Assembly (NCBI GenBank): GCA_047967505.1
Contig: CM106538.1
Strand: one strand, 5' to 3'
Origin: Dipteris shenzhenensis
Taxonomy: Eukaryota
Length of the DNA stretch: 64,000 bases
Of this stretch, positions 11,770-26,555 are shown one piece after another; position 1 is the first letter of the stretch, and each line of letters opens with the position of its first letter. Below the pieces are notes generated by a model. That model made no database searches. It saw only the letters and a program-made list of their open reading frames with translations, and was not told the origin of the DNA. The translations under genes and the position numbers were made by a program.

Positions 11770-13600
11770 CAAGATTGGACTCTGGGACTCTGGTTGGGCC
11801 TTATAATCTTGTCTTTGTGCGAGTAATCATCTTTTGATTGGACTCTGGCTGGGCCTTATAATCTTGTCTTTGTGTCGTTTGGTCTGCAATTTCTTGTTTG
11901 ATTGCAATACATTGGGTCAGATTGGAGAACATTGAGTCACATTTGCAGGACATTGAGTCAGATTTTCAGACATTGAGTTTTTTCTGCAAGACATTGAGTC
12001 AGAATAGCATGAGAGGCATTAATTGTCAATCCTGCTTTCTTTTTCTCCGAAGCAATGCGCTTTCTGCATTCTGAAATGTCATGTCCAAGCTTGCAACAAT
12101 AGTTGCATCTTTTCTTCTTTGACTTATCTGCGGTATTTTCAGATGCATGGGAGGAATTGCCGCTGCTATGCGTAGATTTTGGCTTGTTGTAGGCTTGGAA
12201 GCCTTGCCTCTTCCTGTCTGCTATGAAGCAAATGCATGATCAGGAATAATGGCTTGTCTATTAGCTCTACTTTGCTCTTCCTGCAAAAGCAAAGTAACTA
12301 GCTAATCAAAAGAATAGTGGTCTAGGAATACTCATGGCCACTGATCGAAGGGTTGTAGCAAACCCTTGATATGTATCTGGCAATCCATTCAATGTGGTAT
12401 TGACAAGCTGTGAATTTGGCACTACCTCATCAATGTTGGCAAGTTGTTCCATGAGGTCCTTGACCTTTGTCAGATATGCATCCATAGAGTCACCTTCATT
12501 CATGCTGACTTCTTGTAATTGCCTTCTCAAATATGCAACACATGCCTCATTGCGAATTTGATAGAGAGAAGCCAATTTATCCCAAGCATCCTTTGCTGTC
12601 CTGCAAGACCGGATGTGTGGAATAATGATTCTCTTATGATAAAGCAATACATGAATGTGCATTTGCATCTCTTGCATCCCATCTTGACTATGCTTCACAT
12701 GCACATGCTCTTTAGGATGATTGGGCATGGGCTGTCCATTGCTCATTTGATCCCTCCAAAGCTGATGCACTCTTTACTGCTGATGATGCTCAGTCCTGGT
12801 ACTGTGATAGTGGTGCTTCCAAGCATGTCACATCTTGCAAATAGTTGTTTCATTCTTTAGCTGATGTACCTCGAGGGGGGACTGTCACATGTGCTAATAA
12901 TGCTTCATATGTTGTAAAAGGAATTGGAGATGTGCAGCTGACATCCATTTCAAGCCATCCTGTCACTGTGACACATGTTCTTTTTGTGCTTGGAATTGAA
13001 GTCAACTTGATTTCAATTTCAGCAATTGCTACTTCAGGTTTTAAAGTGATTTTTGATGGCTACAGATGCCTAGTTTATAATCTTCGTGATGACAATGCCA
13101 TAGTTCTCACTGGCACTCTGCAAAAGGGACTTTATCACCTTGATCACCACTCAGCTGCACTTTCTATTGAAGCATTTGCAATTTCAGATTCACAGCTTGC
13201 TGAAACTCATCTTTGGCATGAGAGAATGGGCCATCTCAATTATAGAGCTCTTGCAAAGCTACATTCACAGCAGATGGCAAATGATGTACCTCAAACTCAC
13301 ACAGTTTCCAAACATGTGTGTGAGGGTTGTTTTTTGGGTAAGATGCATCGATTTCCCTTTCAAAAGAATTGTCCAAAACTCTCACAAAGAAAATTGTAAA
13401 CCTCAGCAAGATTGGCCAATTGCTATTTAAAGTCCTTGACCTTTCTCATTTAGGCATCCATGCTTTTCCTTAATCGATCTTCAAGGCATCTAATTGCTTC
13501 CGCAAATATGTAGCCCTTGCTTCATTGAATATCTGATACAAAGAGGCTACCAAGCATTCTTTGCAGTCCTGCATGACCTGGTGTGAGGGATTATTTTTTA
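11770..13600. mobile_element. Scrambled Ty1/copia fragments: gag (-), protease and GAG-pre-integrase (+), gag (-)
   Basis: IIPHIRSCRTAKDAWDKL (12306-12640, -); WYCDSGASKH and LWHERMGH...CEGC (12795-13397, +); IIPHTRSCR (about 13400-13600, -). Confidence 0.85.
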
Positions 13601-13928
13601 ACTTTGCATTCGTGCGTCCATGTAGTTGTGTAGTAAGGATGGACTATGTTTATGACTCTCAAGACAATTTTCCTGCAATTTATAAATTTTCTATATGTAG
13701 CAGCAGAGCTGTTTGGCTAGATGCTCCAAAAGGCTGTCAATGTTCGTTGGCATCAATCCATTAACTATACTCTTTGCCCTTCTTACATCACCATTGCCGA
13801 AAGTGAAAATTCCTTATTCTCAACATCTTTGGTGCCGCAAATCCTACCTTTCTATCTCAAAGTTATTAAATCCTTGTCATATGAGGTGTCTTTTAAACAT
13901 GCAGAGGTTCAGAATATACTAGCATGAA

Positions 13929-13975
<47 letters not shown>

Positions 13976-14029
13976 TGGGAACTGTCCATTTCTATAAAGA
14001 AAGGTAAGAGAATTCCAAAGACTGTACAC

Positions 14030-14995
14030 AGCAACTTATGTATGTGGTAACTCATCGTTTGCTATTGCAACTAAGGCACAAATGCAAAGAACCCAAATAA
14101 ATTTGAGTGAATCAAATGACCGCACTAGGGCAAGTGCAAATGTTTGATTCTGACCACACAAGGTCAATATCCTGCATGGAATTTGAGTGCCATAATGTGC
14201 TGCATGTAGGTGATGATTTGCAACTACAGACCCAAAAGGAGATAAACCCAAGCCTTACCATTGGAAATAATGACATGTAGGAAAATGGTCTCTGAGGCCA
14301 CCCTCGCTACAACATCTGCTGTGCCATCGAGTCCACTCCATAAAAAATTTCTAATTGGTCTAATGTGCTGAGTGATTCACTCTCTAGACCTGCACCAACA
14401 TGAACACTAGACCTGCACCAACATGAACATTAGACCTGCACCAACATGAACACACAAACCAGGCGGTGGACAAGAGAACCTGGTTCACTGCCACAACTCT
14501 AGATGCAAGGTCAAGTTTGGCTGAGCTCTAGAAGAGAAGCTTTTTCCTTATACTCTCTAGTACTGGGGTCAATTGCTGTGCTGGAGAGATGCCTAACCCT
14601 ACCTGGCATCCCAAATATCTAACAGGAACACCCCTGTGAATCCAGGAGAAGCCAATGTCAACTCCCCAGCCTGGAGTGTCCTCATCGCTGATCCAAAAGC
14701 CAAGGATTTATGCTAGTTAATGTGTGCTCCTGCAGTTGAGCAAAAGATATCCAAGGCTATCCGAAAAGCATCCAGTGACTGCAAGGAGGCCTCAATAAAA
14801 ATGGCAGTGTCATCAGCCAACTCACAGTCCATAAGCTCCTGCTCCTGTCTCAAGGGCAATCTCAGCCCATATAAACCAGCCTAAGATCTAAGAAAAATAC
14901 TCATAGCTTCAGCCACAAAAAGAAAAAGGAAGGGGGCTAAAGGGCATCCCTGACGGACTGATCTGGAAATCTGAAGTCACCCCTTACCCCTTCAA
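14030..14995 (-). mobile_element. Degenerate L1-clade LINE RT fragment
   Basis: Minus strand reads SRSVRQGCPLAPFLFLFVAEAMS and LADDTAIF; includes a 23 bp x3 tandem repeat at 14385-14453. Confidence 0.75.
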
Positions 14996-14999
14996 TCAA

Positions 15000-16033
15000 A
15001 ACCTGGCTGTGGGCTGATCTGTAAAGGGAGGCCACCCCTCTAATCCATGCATCTGAAAATCCAAATCGTAGAAGAGTGAAAGGGCAGTAGAATTGACTGC
15101 AGTCAACCTGTAACAACGGCAGATTTCTGATAGGAAAAAGTGAGCTCCAAGCAAGTCAAATATATCTACAATTGGCTGCAAGAGAGCAGTCCAGGATGGA
15201 ACAGCTCAAAACTCAGATGCAGTAGCACCAAAACAGCTTGTGGAGGTGCTAGGGAGGCTCCAAGCCCAAGAAAATAGTGCCACGACCTGATTGAAACAGC
15301 AAAACAGAGCTGAATTGACCTCAAAACTGAGGCAAAAGGTCAGACACTGATGCAACCAGTAACCAAACAGCTCAAAATGGTCTTCTGTAGGCAGCAGCTC
15401 CACAGAAACATGCAAAACTGCCTTCAAATGGGACTGAACAGCTTCAAAATGCTGTAGGAGGGCTCTGAAATACAGCAAAGCAAGGGTCGCCTGCAAACTG
15501 CCTTCACAAGAGTGAAGTACTTGCAGTTAGGGCTCCGAAACAAGATTAGAAATGCTCCTGGAAGAGGTGCACAGCAGAGAAACTGCTCAAATATGCTCTA
15601 GAAAGAGGCACATAATAGAGATATGCTTCAGGGATGCTTCGACAAGGACAACAAGAGAAGGCTCAGAAATGCTTCAATAAGTGTCTAAAAACAATCGCAC
15701 ATAACCAGAAAGCTTGCTGCTGCAGGTGGTGGCCGGTGCTGAACAGGTCGAGTAAAGCACGAGCTGCAACTTTCTCGTGGTAAGAGAGCTCCAAATTGCT
15801 TGGGAGAGCACAAGGCAGGGCTGGAAACATGCTCTGATACCACTGTAGGTTTGTCTGGAAACAAGGGAGGAGAAATGCGAGTGCAACTGAAGTCAATAGC
15901 AGCGAAACAGTACAAGCCTATGAAGGATAGCCCTAAACCCTAGACTGGTCAACTCATGTTACAACTTATTTTTTAAAAAGTTGACTTAGTTAAAATGAAC
16001 TAATAGAACTAGAACCAATACTACTAGCCTACA
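15000..16033 (-). mobile_element. LTR (15844-16033), tRNA-iMet PBS (15831-15842) and leader of a truncated LTR retrotransposon
   Basis: 190 bp segment bounded by TGTAGG...CCTACA, followed on the minus strand by TGGTATCAGAGC. Confidence 0.8.
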
Positions 16034-16525
16034 ACGCCATACCAAGGGACTATGACCAATAATTTTACCAGTGTTCCAGACTTGATCCAGTTGTTCATGA
16101 AGGATGCGGAGAAGTTCTTGAAGATATGGAGGTGCGAGATACAAGACCAAATGATAAAGACATCCTCAACTTGTTCCTGAGAGCTTCCGCAGAGGAGCTG
16201 ATAGAGTGGTTGTTTGACATAGAACCTTGGTGTGTCATTGAGAGGGGATTTTGGAAGTATAGGGTCAATGCCCGACATATAATCCCCCAAATGGAGGAGA
16301 TCTAAGGGGCTTGACAATTGCATAATGCTGTGGGTAGATGCATCAGTAGGGGATAGAACTGAGGCTGTTGTGTGGGTAACAAGATGACTGTCACATGGGC
16401 AGCAGAAAGAGCTACTTCTTGATGTTATTTTAGGGCAGCCCATAAGGCCACCTAAGTCAGCATCAAGGGTTACCAGCAAGCCCACTGTTTGGGCAAGAAA
16501 TGAACTGCAAAGAGATAACTATAAG

Positions 16526-16945
16526 GATGTGGCTGGTACAACAGCAACAGGAGCAAGCACAGATGCGGAATGTACTGGGAGTGCAGGTACATGGTCGGCG
16601 GTTGCATCAGATGTACTATGGGTGGGTATTGGTGTTCGGTAAAGAAGCTAGTACGAGGGGTGGGAGACTGCAATAGGAACCAGCAGCAAGGCACCTATCA
16701 CAGGGCCTTATATAGGAAGTGGTAGGTTGGCAGATGCGGCTGGTACAACAGCAACAGGAGCAAGCACAGATGCGGAATGTACTGGGAGTGCAGGTACATG
16801 GTCGGCAGTTGCATCAGATGTACTATAGGTGGGTATTGGTGTTCGGTAAAGAAGCTAGTACGAGGGGTGGGAGACTGCAATAGGAACCAGCAGCAAGGCA
16901 CCTATCACAGGGCCTTATATAGGTAGTGGTAGGTTGGCAGATGTG
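16526..16945. repeat. 207 bp tandem duplication within probable gypsy remnants
   Basis: Units start at 16526 and 16733 and are nearly identical. Confidence 0.92.
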
Positions 16946-18559
16946 ACTGCTGGGTCGGTTGGTTTACAAACTGGGTGGTGAAGAGCAAAGGAAGATTAAG
17001 GATCAACAGGGTCAGTCTTTGCAGAAGCATAGGTCCTTATGTCGGGAGCATTTCTAGGTGTAGGCCTACATGCCTAGGAGAGCATAATGAGTGCCTGGAA
17101 GGGAGCTGTGTCTGCAGAGAACCAAGAGCAGATTTTGGAGGAGTGCTCTACCTTAAGTAGCTACTGCAGCCTACATGGAGGCACGTGGCAAAAGTGGGAG
17201 AGTTTACCTCAGAGGGTGCAGCAAGCGGAGCCATCTTTTGGTGTCTTATCTTGGGGACTATTTTGCTGAAGGTGTTGGTACATATTGTGGAAGTTTTTGT
17301 ACTTGGTTAACACCATTATATCTAGTCCAGTTTGGGTGTACATCTCTTTCCAAATTTGAGTTGTCCTCTTTACAGTTAAGTAAGCACATGTTGTGAATTG
17401 TGTTTCATTCATGTGTCTTGTGATTTCGGCCTTTTCAGGGTAATTCTTCCGTTGCGTGGGAGTTGGCTTTTAGCAAGCAGCTTCCCTCTGTTTTCCTACA
17501 ATGTTTCCACCAGTTCATGCAATCAAAACTAAGTGTTCTGGACCTCGAAATCCTGGGCTGAGCCCTAGCATGTTGACCTGAATGCGAGAACCCTCTACAA
17601 CGTGTGGGCAATCATTCAGCCCCTTGTTGTCAAAGTGAGGGAGGCATCGGCTCTATTAGATATCACAATCACCACCACACTTGTGAGCTAGAAGGGGGAG
17701 GAAACAAGCCTTCACATTTGGCAACGTTGTTGGGGATTTGGATGGTCAAAGTAAATTCACAGGATGCTTCTGTACAAGTATTCATGAACTGGAAATATGA
17801 CCTTGCAGAGGTGGAAAGTCTGCCTATTGTTGGGATCGACAAGTTATTGCGTACTTTTTGTTGCAAGCATTGCCCATGCTATGAAACCCTTGATGCAAGC
17901 ATGAAATTGAGGGTTACAACCCTAACATCAAGGGGGAAAACCCAAAGACAATAAAAGACAAAGCCAGGTTTGAGACACTAGAAGCAATCCAGCCCAAGAA
18001 AAGGGAAGGAGAGAAGAGTCTACCTTCCATGCTAGCACAAGCATTGGAATATAGCAAACATGGCCACATTAACAAGAATCAAAATGAAGTCCCAAGATTC
18101 TATGGACTATGAAGAGGATGATCCCTCACCCACAGAGTCTCTACCAAGTTTGCGCCATTGATTTGAAACAAACTACATGAATTATTGACCATGCATTGTG
18201 CATAAGATAGTGCAAAATTTGTTCAATCAATACCCGCTAAATCCTTTCTAGGACTAGGAATCGATAAGGGATACCTTTCTGAAGAGGTTTAAGGAAAAGT
18301 ATCATTGGAAAATAAGTGAGAACGGTGCTCTACAATTTGCAGCAGAACAAGTTAAGAAACTTTCAAGATTTTATAATTTGCTTGAGGACCTTGATCAACC
18401 AACTAGCACTAAACTTGGCAACACCAACCATTAGGACATGGCTTCAAAGTAGATTACACTTGGATTTACGGTCTAGGGAGATCTTGAATCCCACCAAGAA
18501 TTTTGTTTAAAAAGAGAGTGAAGACTTTTCTATTAATGTTTGGGAAAATCAACTGTACA

Positions 18560-20187
18560 AGTCAGCCATCCCTAAGGCGCTGACCATGGGAAACAAAATC
18601 AGAAAAAGTGGCTGAAAGAAGACCAGCCTGTTTCAGCGGTGAAGGTTGCCCTGTACTCAGCCTCACAGTTGGATGTGGCAACTGTTGGTTGCTTCTTGCT
18701 GAGCCAAGAGATACATGAACTGCCAAGCAAAAAACAGTTGCCAGTATGTGACACTCGGAACAACCTGCCCAGTCACTATCCATGTAAGCATGCATGGTAA
18801 GTGAACCCTGATCACCATAGAAGAGGGCTACATCCTGAGTGCTTCTGAGATATCTGAAGACACTCTTCACTGCGTGCCAATGCTGTGAACTGGGCATGTG
18901 CATGAACCTGCTGAGCTGGGATACTCCATATTGTAAGTCAGGTTTGGTGTGGCATAAGTAAATGAGACATCCAACAGCCTGCTGGTAAAGAGTGATATCA
19001 CATGGTGGGCTCCCATCATAGCTGAAAATTTGAAGCCAGGGTCCATTGGAGTAGAGATATGCTTGCAAGCCTCAAACTGAAAATGATCAAGGAGCTGTCC
19101 AATATATGTGACATCATGCTACCCCCCTCAACATGAGCAAACTGAATGCCCAAATAATAGTGCAGCTGTCCCATGTCTGACATTTCAAAAGCTTGCTGCA
19201 AATCAGCCTTGTCAAAGGCATCAAACATGTCAACTTCTAGCTTAGCTTTGCAGTCTACAAGAGGAGAAGCTGAATGTTTAGCAAAGATTACATCTCTACT
19301 GACAATAATCTTCCCAGTATTTGGTTGGTATAACTGATATCCTCTGCTTTCTTGGATGTAACCAATAAATATGCATTTGATTGCCTTGTCTTCACGCTTA
19401 TGTCTCAGTTGAGATGGTACATGAACATATGAAAGAGACCCAAAAACTCTCGTGTGTGAAAGTGAAGGCTTCCTACCTTTCCATGCTTCATAAGGTGTAA
19501 CAGTCCTCAATGCCCTTGTAAGTGATCTATTTAGCACATAGTTGGCACACATCACTCCATCAAGCCAAAATTTATTGGGCAAGGACTTGACCTTAAGCAT
19601 GCATCTGGCCATCTCCATAGTGGACCTATTCTTCCTTTTAGGAACAGGATTATGCTGAGGAGTGTTAAGGAGTAGTGCATGAGTGAACAATGCCCCGTGA
19701 AGACAAAAATGCATCAAATTGCGTTGACATATACTCTCCCCCCCTATCTGTGTTGAGGGTGACAAGCTAGCATCCTGATTCGTTCTCAACCATATTCAGC
19801 CACATCTGAAAGCATGAGAACACTTCAGATTTGGCTTTTAAAGCATATACCCAGCAATATCTTGTGAAGTCATCAATGAGAGTCATGAAATATTTGTACC
19901 CCCCAATGGCATTTGTCCTCATTGGGCCACATACATCACTGTGCACTAGCTTCAATTTCCTTTGTGAGAATTTTGGACAATTCTTTTGAAAAGGAAACCG
20001 ATGCATCTTACCCAAAAGACAACCCTCACACAGATGTTTGGAAACCGTGTGAGTTTGAGGAACATCATTTGCCATGCCTTGTGAATGTAACTTAGCAAGA
20101 GCTCTATGATTGAGATTACCCATTCTCTCATGCCAAAGATGAGTTTCAGCAAGCTATGAATCTGAAATAGCAAATGCTTCAATAGAG
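18560..20187 (-). mobile_element. Internally deleted Ty1/copia pol (integrase, end of RT, start of RNase H)
   Basis: LVHSDVCGPM, IDDFTRYCWVY, SRDVIF, FEMSDMGQLHYYLGIQF, YMDSDWAG. Confidence 0.9.
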
Positions 20188-20747
20188 AGTCATCTGCACG
20201 TTCTTGAAGTGGTGCTGCTGAAGTTTCCAATGCTTCGCACAAGATTGGCGTTGCTCCAGTTCACACTCCAGGTCACACGTTATTGTACGCTGCTTTTGTG
20301 CGCTGCTAGCTGTAGACTTGCAAGTCAGCTGCTCTGGTATTATGGTGATTCACCAAGATGGCGCAAGTCTCACATAAGGCACCTGATAAAGACACCACAT
20401 CGAACTGGTAGTTCACGGGCAAGACACAAAAGGACAATGTCACTATACTAGAACCTTAGTCATGCTGCAAAAGTGCTGCACGCCTTTGTGATGAAGATTT
20501 CTTCAAGTGATGTGCGCGTCAAATTACATACGACAGCAGGCATGTTGTTATGGTGCAAGTCACACACAAGTCTTGCGTTCACTCCGTGCAAGTTACACGC
20601 AAGTCTTGCTTTCAATGGCAAAGATGTAGCACTGTTGGGAAACAATGGATTGTACGGTAATGTGTAGGCGCCCAGCATTAAAACAGGTTGACCAGCAAGA
20701 AATGAGCCTCCAATGAGTTAAGGGAAGGCTTGGGATGGCTGACATGG

Positions 20748-23700
20748 AGAAGATTAGAGTGGTTCTGCACCCACCAAAACTTGTGTGGCTCTCTGTTTCT
20801 CTCTCTCTCCTTCTTCCGTTCTTGCTTCCGTTGAGAGCACTCTCAACTGGTATCAGAGCTCGGGTGATCTAGCTGAGCGTGCGTGAATGCTTGAAGCTCG
20901 GCAGCTCTGTGGGAGGAAGAAGAAGCTCTGTGGGAAGCTTTGTGGGTGGCTTTACTTGCATCCGAGTGTGCAGAGACCTTGCAGGAACCTTTGGAAAAGT
21001 TACTTTAGCTTTACGAAGTGGTTTTGAGAGCCTGTTAAGAGTTTTAAAAAAAAAGTCGTTTTTTGAGCTTTTCCCTGTTTCGTTCGATGACAGAGACTCC
21101 GTATTGACTTGTAGAGGCAACTATTGCTTGCTTTTGGTGTCCACTTCACTTCAGGAGCTTGGAAACACCTTCATTCTTGAATCCGGGATCATTTCATTGG
21201 ATTTCTGGCTCTCTGTGTCAATTCTTGCGTTTTTTGCCCGGGTGTTGGAACTCAAGTTTGGAGCAACCATTTGCAGATCTGTCAGTTCCGGTGGACTCAG
21301 GAGGTCCTAAAACTGCTATGTTGCTCATCATTCGCACTCTAGTGGAGTTTACAAACAGCTCTCTTTCCAAAAACGTTTTTCAGTCCGTGTGTTGGACCCA
21401 GTGATTGAGACCACGGTTTTCAAAACCGTCTGTCCCATTGCGTTCCAGACGCCCAAAAACCCCTACCTGTCAGTTCTTGCGCGATTCGGTGGAGGATTTT
21501 CAGAGTTATAGATCTCTGTGTATTCGATTTCGTCTCTCTGTTATGCATTTTTCATTCTAAGGTTTTGAAACCTTAGATTTATGCCACATGGCAATGGATA
21601 AGTGTTGACTCCCATTTCTCACTCATCGGTTGGGATTTTGAAGTTCTGGCAGAAGAGAGATATTTGCAGATTTTCTTGCTGAGTCCGATTATGCAATGGC
21701 GCCCATGTTTTGAGGCATCTCAGGTTCTATTTTCAGTAGCGGTCATTACTGTGGGACCATGATTTCTTGAGCATACCTTATGCAGATCACTCTGGTTGCA
21801 GAGTTTGAGCAGTGTGTGCTCATTTGTGGTGTGCATTTGGATGCATTTGATGATTTATAGGCCATTTGGATGCATTGTGGTCCTTATTAGATGCGCTTAT
21901 AGGCCCAAATTGCCTTGTGGGATGCTATTTTTTATGGACGCTTTGCACATGGATGCTATTTTATGCTGAGGGACAGCTTTGACACATTGCAGGTGATGCA
22001 CTGATAGTACTATGCTCTCTTGGATGAAATATTATTGATGCATATGCCAGCGGACGGTGTTTATGCTTGAGTCATTTGGCACTTATTGGCATTTTCTTTT
22101 GGGCCAGATTTGCTCATATGGATGCATAGTATATGCACATGAGTCAGATGCATCTTTTGATGCTTTGAGCTTTGAGTTTTGGTGATATTTCACTCTATTG
22201 TGGCATACACATTTGGGTGCACCTGGTATTCGGTGTGATTCTCTCTTGCAGGCACTAGCATTTGGGATTTTTATTTCATTTGCATCATGGCATCCTCTTC
22301 CATGTCTGAAAAGGAGTTTTTCAGCATTAAAAAGTTTGATGGGACAAACTTTTCTTTGTGGAAAGAACAAATAAGGGATGTGCTTATTCAAAAGAAGCAA
22401 ATTAAACCCTTGGCAGGGATTGAAGCTAAGCCTGCAAATATGTCTGAGGATGATTGGAATGAGTTGGATGCATTAGCAAAGTCTACTATTAGACTTCATC
22501 TTGCAGAGTCAGTTTATTTCACAGTAGTGAATGAGCAGACTACGGAAGATTTGTGGAAGAAACTGTGTGCCACTTATGAGAAGGAAACTGCCTCTAATAA
22601 AGTTTACCTCATGAAGAGGTTGTTTGAGCTGCAGATGAAGGAAGGGGTCTCCATTGCTTCTCACTTGAATGAATTCAATATTATTTTCAGTCAGCTTCAG
22701 GCTCAGAAGATGAAGGCAATATTTCTCTTATGTTCATTGCCATCCTCATGGGATACCTTCCGTACAGCTGTCAGTAACTCTGCACCTGGTGGAGTACTGA
22801 AATTTGATGATGTTGTGGGTAGCTTGTTGGCCGAGGAGATTAGACGGAAGTCTATGGATGGCAACAAGCAGGATGTAGCCTTAAATGTGCAAAGGGGCAG
22901 ATCACAGTTCAGGGGGAAGTCCCAAGAAAGAGAGAAGTCTCGTAGCAAATCCAGGGCACGCAACATTGAGTGTTACCATTGTGGCAAGAAGGGCCATATG
23001 AAAAAGGATTGCTACAAGCTGAAAAGAGAGCAAAAGGATAAGAAAAAGAATGCAAATTGGGGTGCAAATCAAAAGGAAGAGAGTCCAAGGGAGGACAAAG
23101 GAAAAGTGAAGATCGAGGAGATCAATGCAGTCACACATGATGGTGACAATGACATTCTCTTCATGTCTAGTTTATCTGCAGAGTTGCTTACCACTTCAGA
23201 TGATGCATATTCCCAGGATTGGATTTTGGATTCTGGTGCTTCATTCCATGTTACTGCCCATAGGGAATGGTTCTCCACTTATGACAGTGGAAAGACAGGT
23301 TGTGTGCATCTTGGAAATGACTATGCATGTGACATAGTGGGAGCAGGTGACATAAAGTTTTCTTTTGCAAATGGGTCTGCATTTGTTTTGAAACATGTGA
23401 GACATGTGCCTAAGCTAACCAAGAGTCTTATTTCAGTGGGTCAACCAGATGATGCTGGTTTTCACACCACTTTTGGCTTTCAGAGTTGGAAAATTCAGAA
23501 GGGCTCTATGCTTTTGGCCAGGGGTGCCAAGTGTGGGACTTTGTATCCCTTACATGTATCAGGGGTATTTGATCATGTTGTTAACCGAGCAGCCAAGCAC
23601 TTCTTTGTGGCATTGCAGGTTGGGGCACATGAGCCAGAATGGAATGAAACTCTTATGCCGTTTGGGTTATGTACCGCATTTGAGTTTCTCTGATTTTGAA

Positions 23701-26555
23701 TTTTGTGAGCATTGTCTCTATGGGAAGGAAACTAAATCAGCCCATAAAAGAAGGGGAAAGAAAGAGTTTGAAATGCTTGATTTGGTGCATTCAGACGTAT
23801 GTGGTCCCATGCCTATACGGTCATTAGGCGGGGCTGAATACTATGTGACATTCATTGATGATGCAACTAGGAAAGTGTGGGCTTATGCTATAGCTCGGAA
23901 GAGTGATGTGTTCCAGGTATTTCAGAAATGGCTGGCCTTGGTTGAGAATCAGTCAGGTAGAATGCTTAAATGCCTACGGACTGATAATGGTGGAGAGTAT
24001 CTCTCTCATGACTTTCAGCATTTTTGTGATACACGTGGGATTAAGAGGGAGCTCACATCCCCTCGTACTCCAGAGCAAAATCCAGTTGCAGAAAAGATGA
24101 ACCGTACCATTCAAGAAAGGTTGCAATGCATGCTTTCCAATGCAAGTCTTTCTGGTGGTTTTTGGGCTGAGGCAATAAAGACTGCAGTGCATGTGATCAA
24201 TAGATCACCTAGTAAGAGTTTGGATGGTGGTATTATTGAAGAGGCATGGAGTGGCAAGAAGCCCTCTTACTCTCATTTGCGTATATTTGGGTGTGAGGCA
24301 TATGCACATGTGCCAAAAGAGCTTCGAAAGAAGCTAGATTCTAAATCTAGAAAATGCATCTTTCTGGGTTATGGTGAAAGTGGAGAAATGGGCTATCGTC
24401 TCTGGGATCCAGAAGCAAAGAAGATCATACGCAGCCATGATGTAGTCTTCAATGAGAAGAAGATGCATAAGGCACCCATGAGGGATGTGGAAATAAGGAG
24501 AATCACTTTCCAGGATGTGAATCCACCTGCATATGTTGATAGACAGCAAGCTGTCCATGCACCAAATGTGCAAGAAATGGTACCACCAAGTACTCCCACA
24601 GGTATACAATCAAGGGTAGATGATGGATCATCTATTGGTGGAAATGATGAGTCAAATGTGGCTGATATGCAGGTGGGACAGCAAGCTGAAATGCCATTGA
24701 GAAGATCATCTAGAGTGTCTAGACCGCCTGATAGGTTTGTTCCAGGGGTAGACTATGTGATGCTTACTGATTGCGGGGAGCCTTCTTGCTACAGAGAGGC
24801 TATGATGCGTGAGGATCAACGCAAGTGGGAGTATGCTATGCAATCAGAGATGAGTTCACTTATGAAGAATAAGACTTGGGACTTGGTTTCTTTGCCACAT
24901 GGAAAGAAAGCATTGCCATGTAAATGGGTCTACAAAATGAAGGTCACAGGTGATGATGTCCCTAGGTACAAGGCCCGTTTGGTTGCTAAAGGGTTCAAGC
25001 AATGAGAAGGGTGTGGACTTTGATGAGATATTCTCTCCAGTTGTGAAGATGACCACACTTAGATGCATGCTTGGACTAGTGGCATTAGAGGATATAGAGC
25101 TTATGCAAATGGATGTCAAGACAGCTTTCTTGCATGGGGATTTGCATGAGGAAATTTACATGGTGCAGCCGGAAGGCTTTGAAGAAAAGGGCAAAGAGCA
25201 TTTAGTTTGCAAGCTGAAGAAGAGTCTCTATGGTCTTAAGCAAGCACCTAGAGAATGGTATCAGAAGTTTGATGCTTTCATTCGGTCCCAGGGTTTTAGA
25301 AGGAGTGAAATTGATCACTACCTCTACACTAAAAGGGCTAAGGATAATAGCCTGATAATCTTGGCACTATATGTGGATGATATGCTATTGGCTAGCAAGA
25401 ATACTTATGAGCTAGATGCATTAAAGGCCAAGTTGCATGAGGCCTTTGATATGAAGGATTTGGGACTTGCAGGTCATATTCTTGGTATGCGCATCACGCG
25501 TGATCGGAGTAGGAAACTCCTTTGGCTTTCACAAAAAGAGTATGTTACAAAAGTATTGCAGCGTTTCAATATGGAGGAGGGGAAGGCAGTGAGTACTCCA
25601 TTGCCTCCATATGTGAAACTGAGTCATACAGATAGTCCCAAATCAAATGAGGAAAGGGCCATGATGGCCAAGGTTCCTTATGCATCAGCAGTTGGGAGTC
25701 TTATGTATGCTATGATAGCTACTAGACCAGACATTGCATTTGCAGTGGGAGTTGTTAGCCGGTATATGGCTAATCCAGGAAAGAGGCATTGGGAGGCAGT
25801 TAAGTGCATCATGAGGTACATGAAGGGTACCAAGGAGATGTGCATCTGCTTTGGTAGAGGAGACATGCGTGTACTTGGGTACACAGATTCAGACTATGCA
25901 AGGCATGTGGATAGTAGGAGATCCACTTCTGGTTATGTGTTCACCTTTGCAGGTGGTGTAGTGTCGTGGATGTCTCGCGCACAGAAGTGTGTTGCTTTGT
26001 CTACCACAGAGGCTGAGTATGTTGCAGCCACAGAGGGTTGCAAGGAGGCTATATGGCTTGATCGGCTAGTGGGAGATTTGGGGATTCATACAGGTGTACC
26101 GACATTGCATAGTGATTCCATGAGTGCTATTCAGCTAGCACGGAATCCGGTCTTTCATGCAAAGACCAAACACATTAAGGTTAGGTACCATTTCATCAGG
26201 GAGGTACTTGAGGACAAGCGCATAGAGCTTGTCAAGGTTCATATAGATGATAACCCTGCAGATATGCTGACGAAGAGTCTACCTAGTCAGCGGTTTGAGT
26301 ATTATCGTGTATTGATGGGCATTGGATAGTATGCTCACTGGTTGTTCTCACTTAAAGGCACATTGTCCTTTAAGTGGGAGGTTGTGGGGGTTAAAGGTCA
26401 CTGTGCCTTTACCCCAGTTATGTACAATACTCAAACACATATATAAATGAATGAAAAAGAAGATTAGGGTGGTTCTGCACCCACCAAAACTTGTGTGGCT
26501 CTCTGTTTCTCTCTCTCTCCTTCTTCCGTTCTTGCTTCTGTTGAGAGCACTCTCA
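20748..26555 (+). mobile_element. Ty1/copia retrotransposon (Tnt1/Tork-like), near complete, 5' LTR truncated
   Basis: Partial 5' LTR 20748-20845, PBS TGGTATCAGAGC 20848-20859, PPT AAGTGGGAG at about 26372-26380, 3' LTR TG..CA 26383-26555. Confidence 0.95.
22287..26329 (+). pseudogene. Copia gag-pol (Gag, zinc knuckle, protease, integrase, RT, RNase H) with two frameshifts (about 23583 and 25003)
   Basis: CYHCGKKGHMKKDC, WILDSGASFH, LVHSDVCGPM, YKARLVAKGF, LYVDDML, YTDSDYA, DNPADMLTK. Confidence 0.95.

Noticed and set aside
14385-14453. Short direct repeats as a CRISPR array (also 11930-12003)
   Set aside because: Head-to-tail or degenerate units without unique spacers, no cas genes, eukaryotic TE context.
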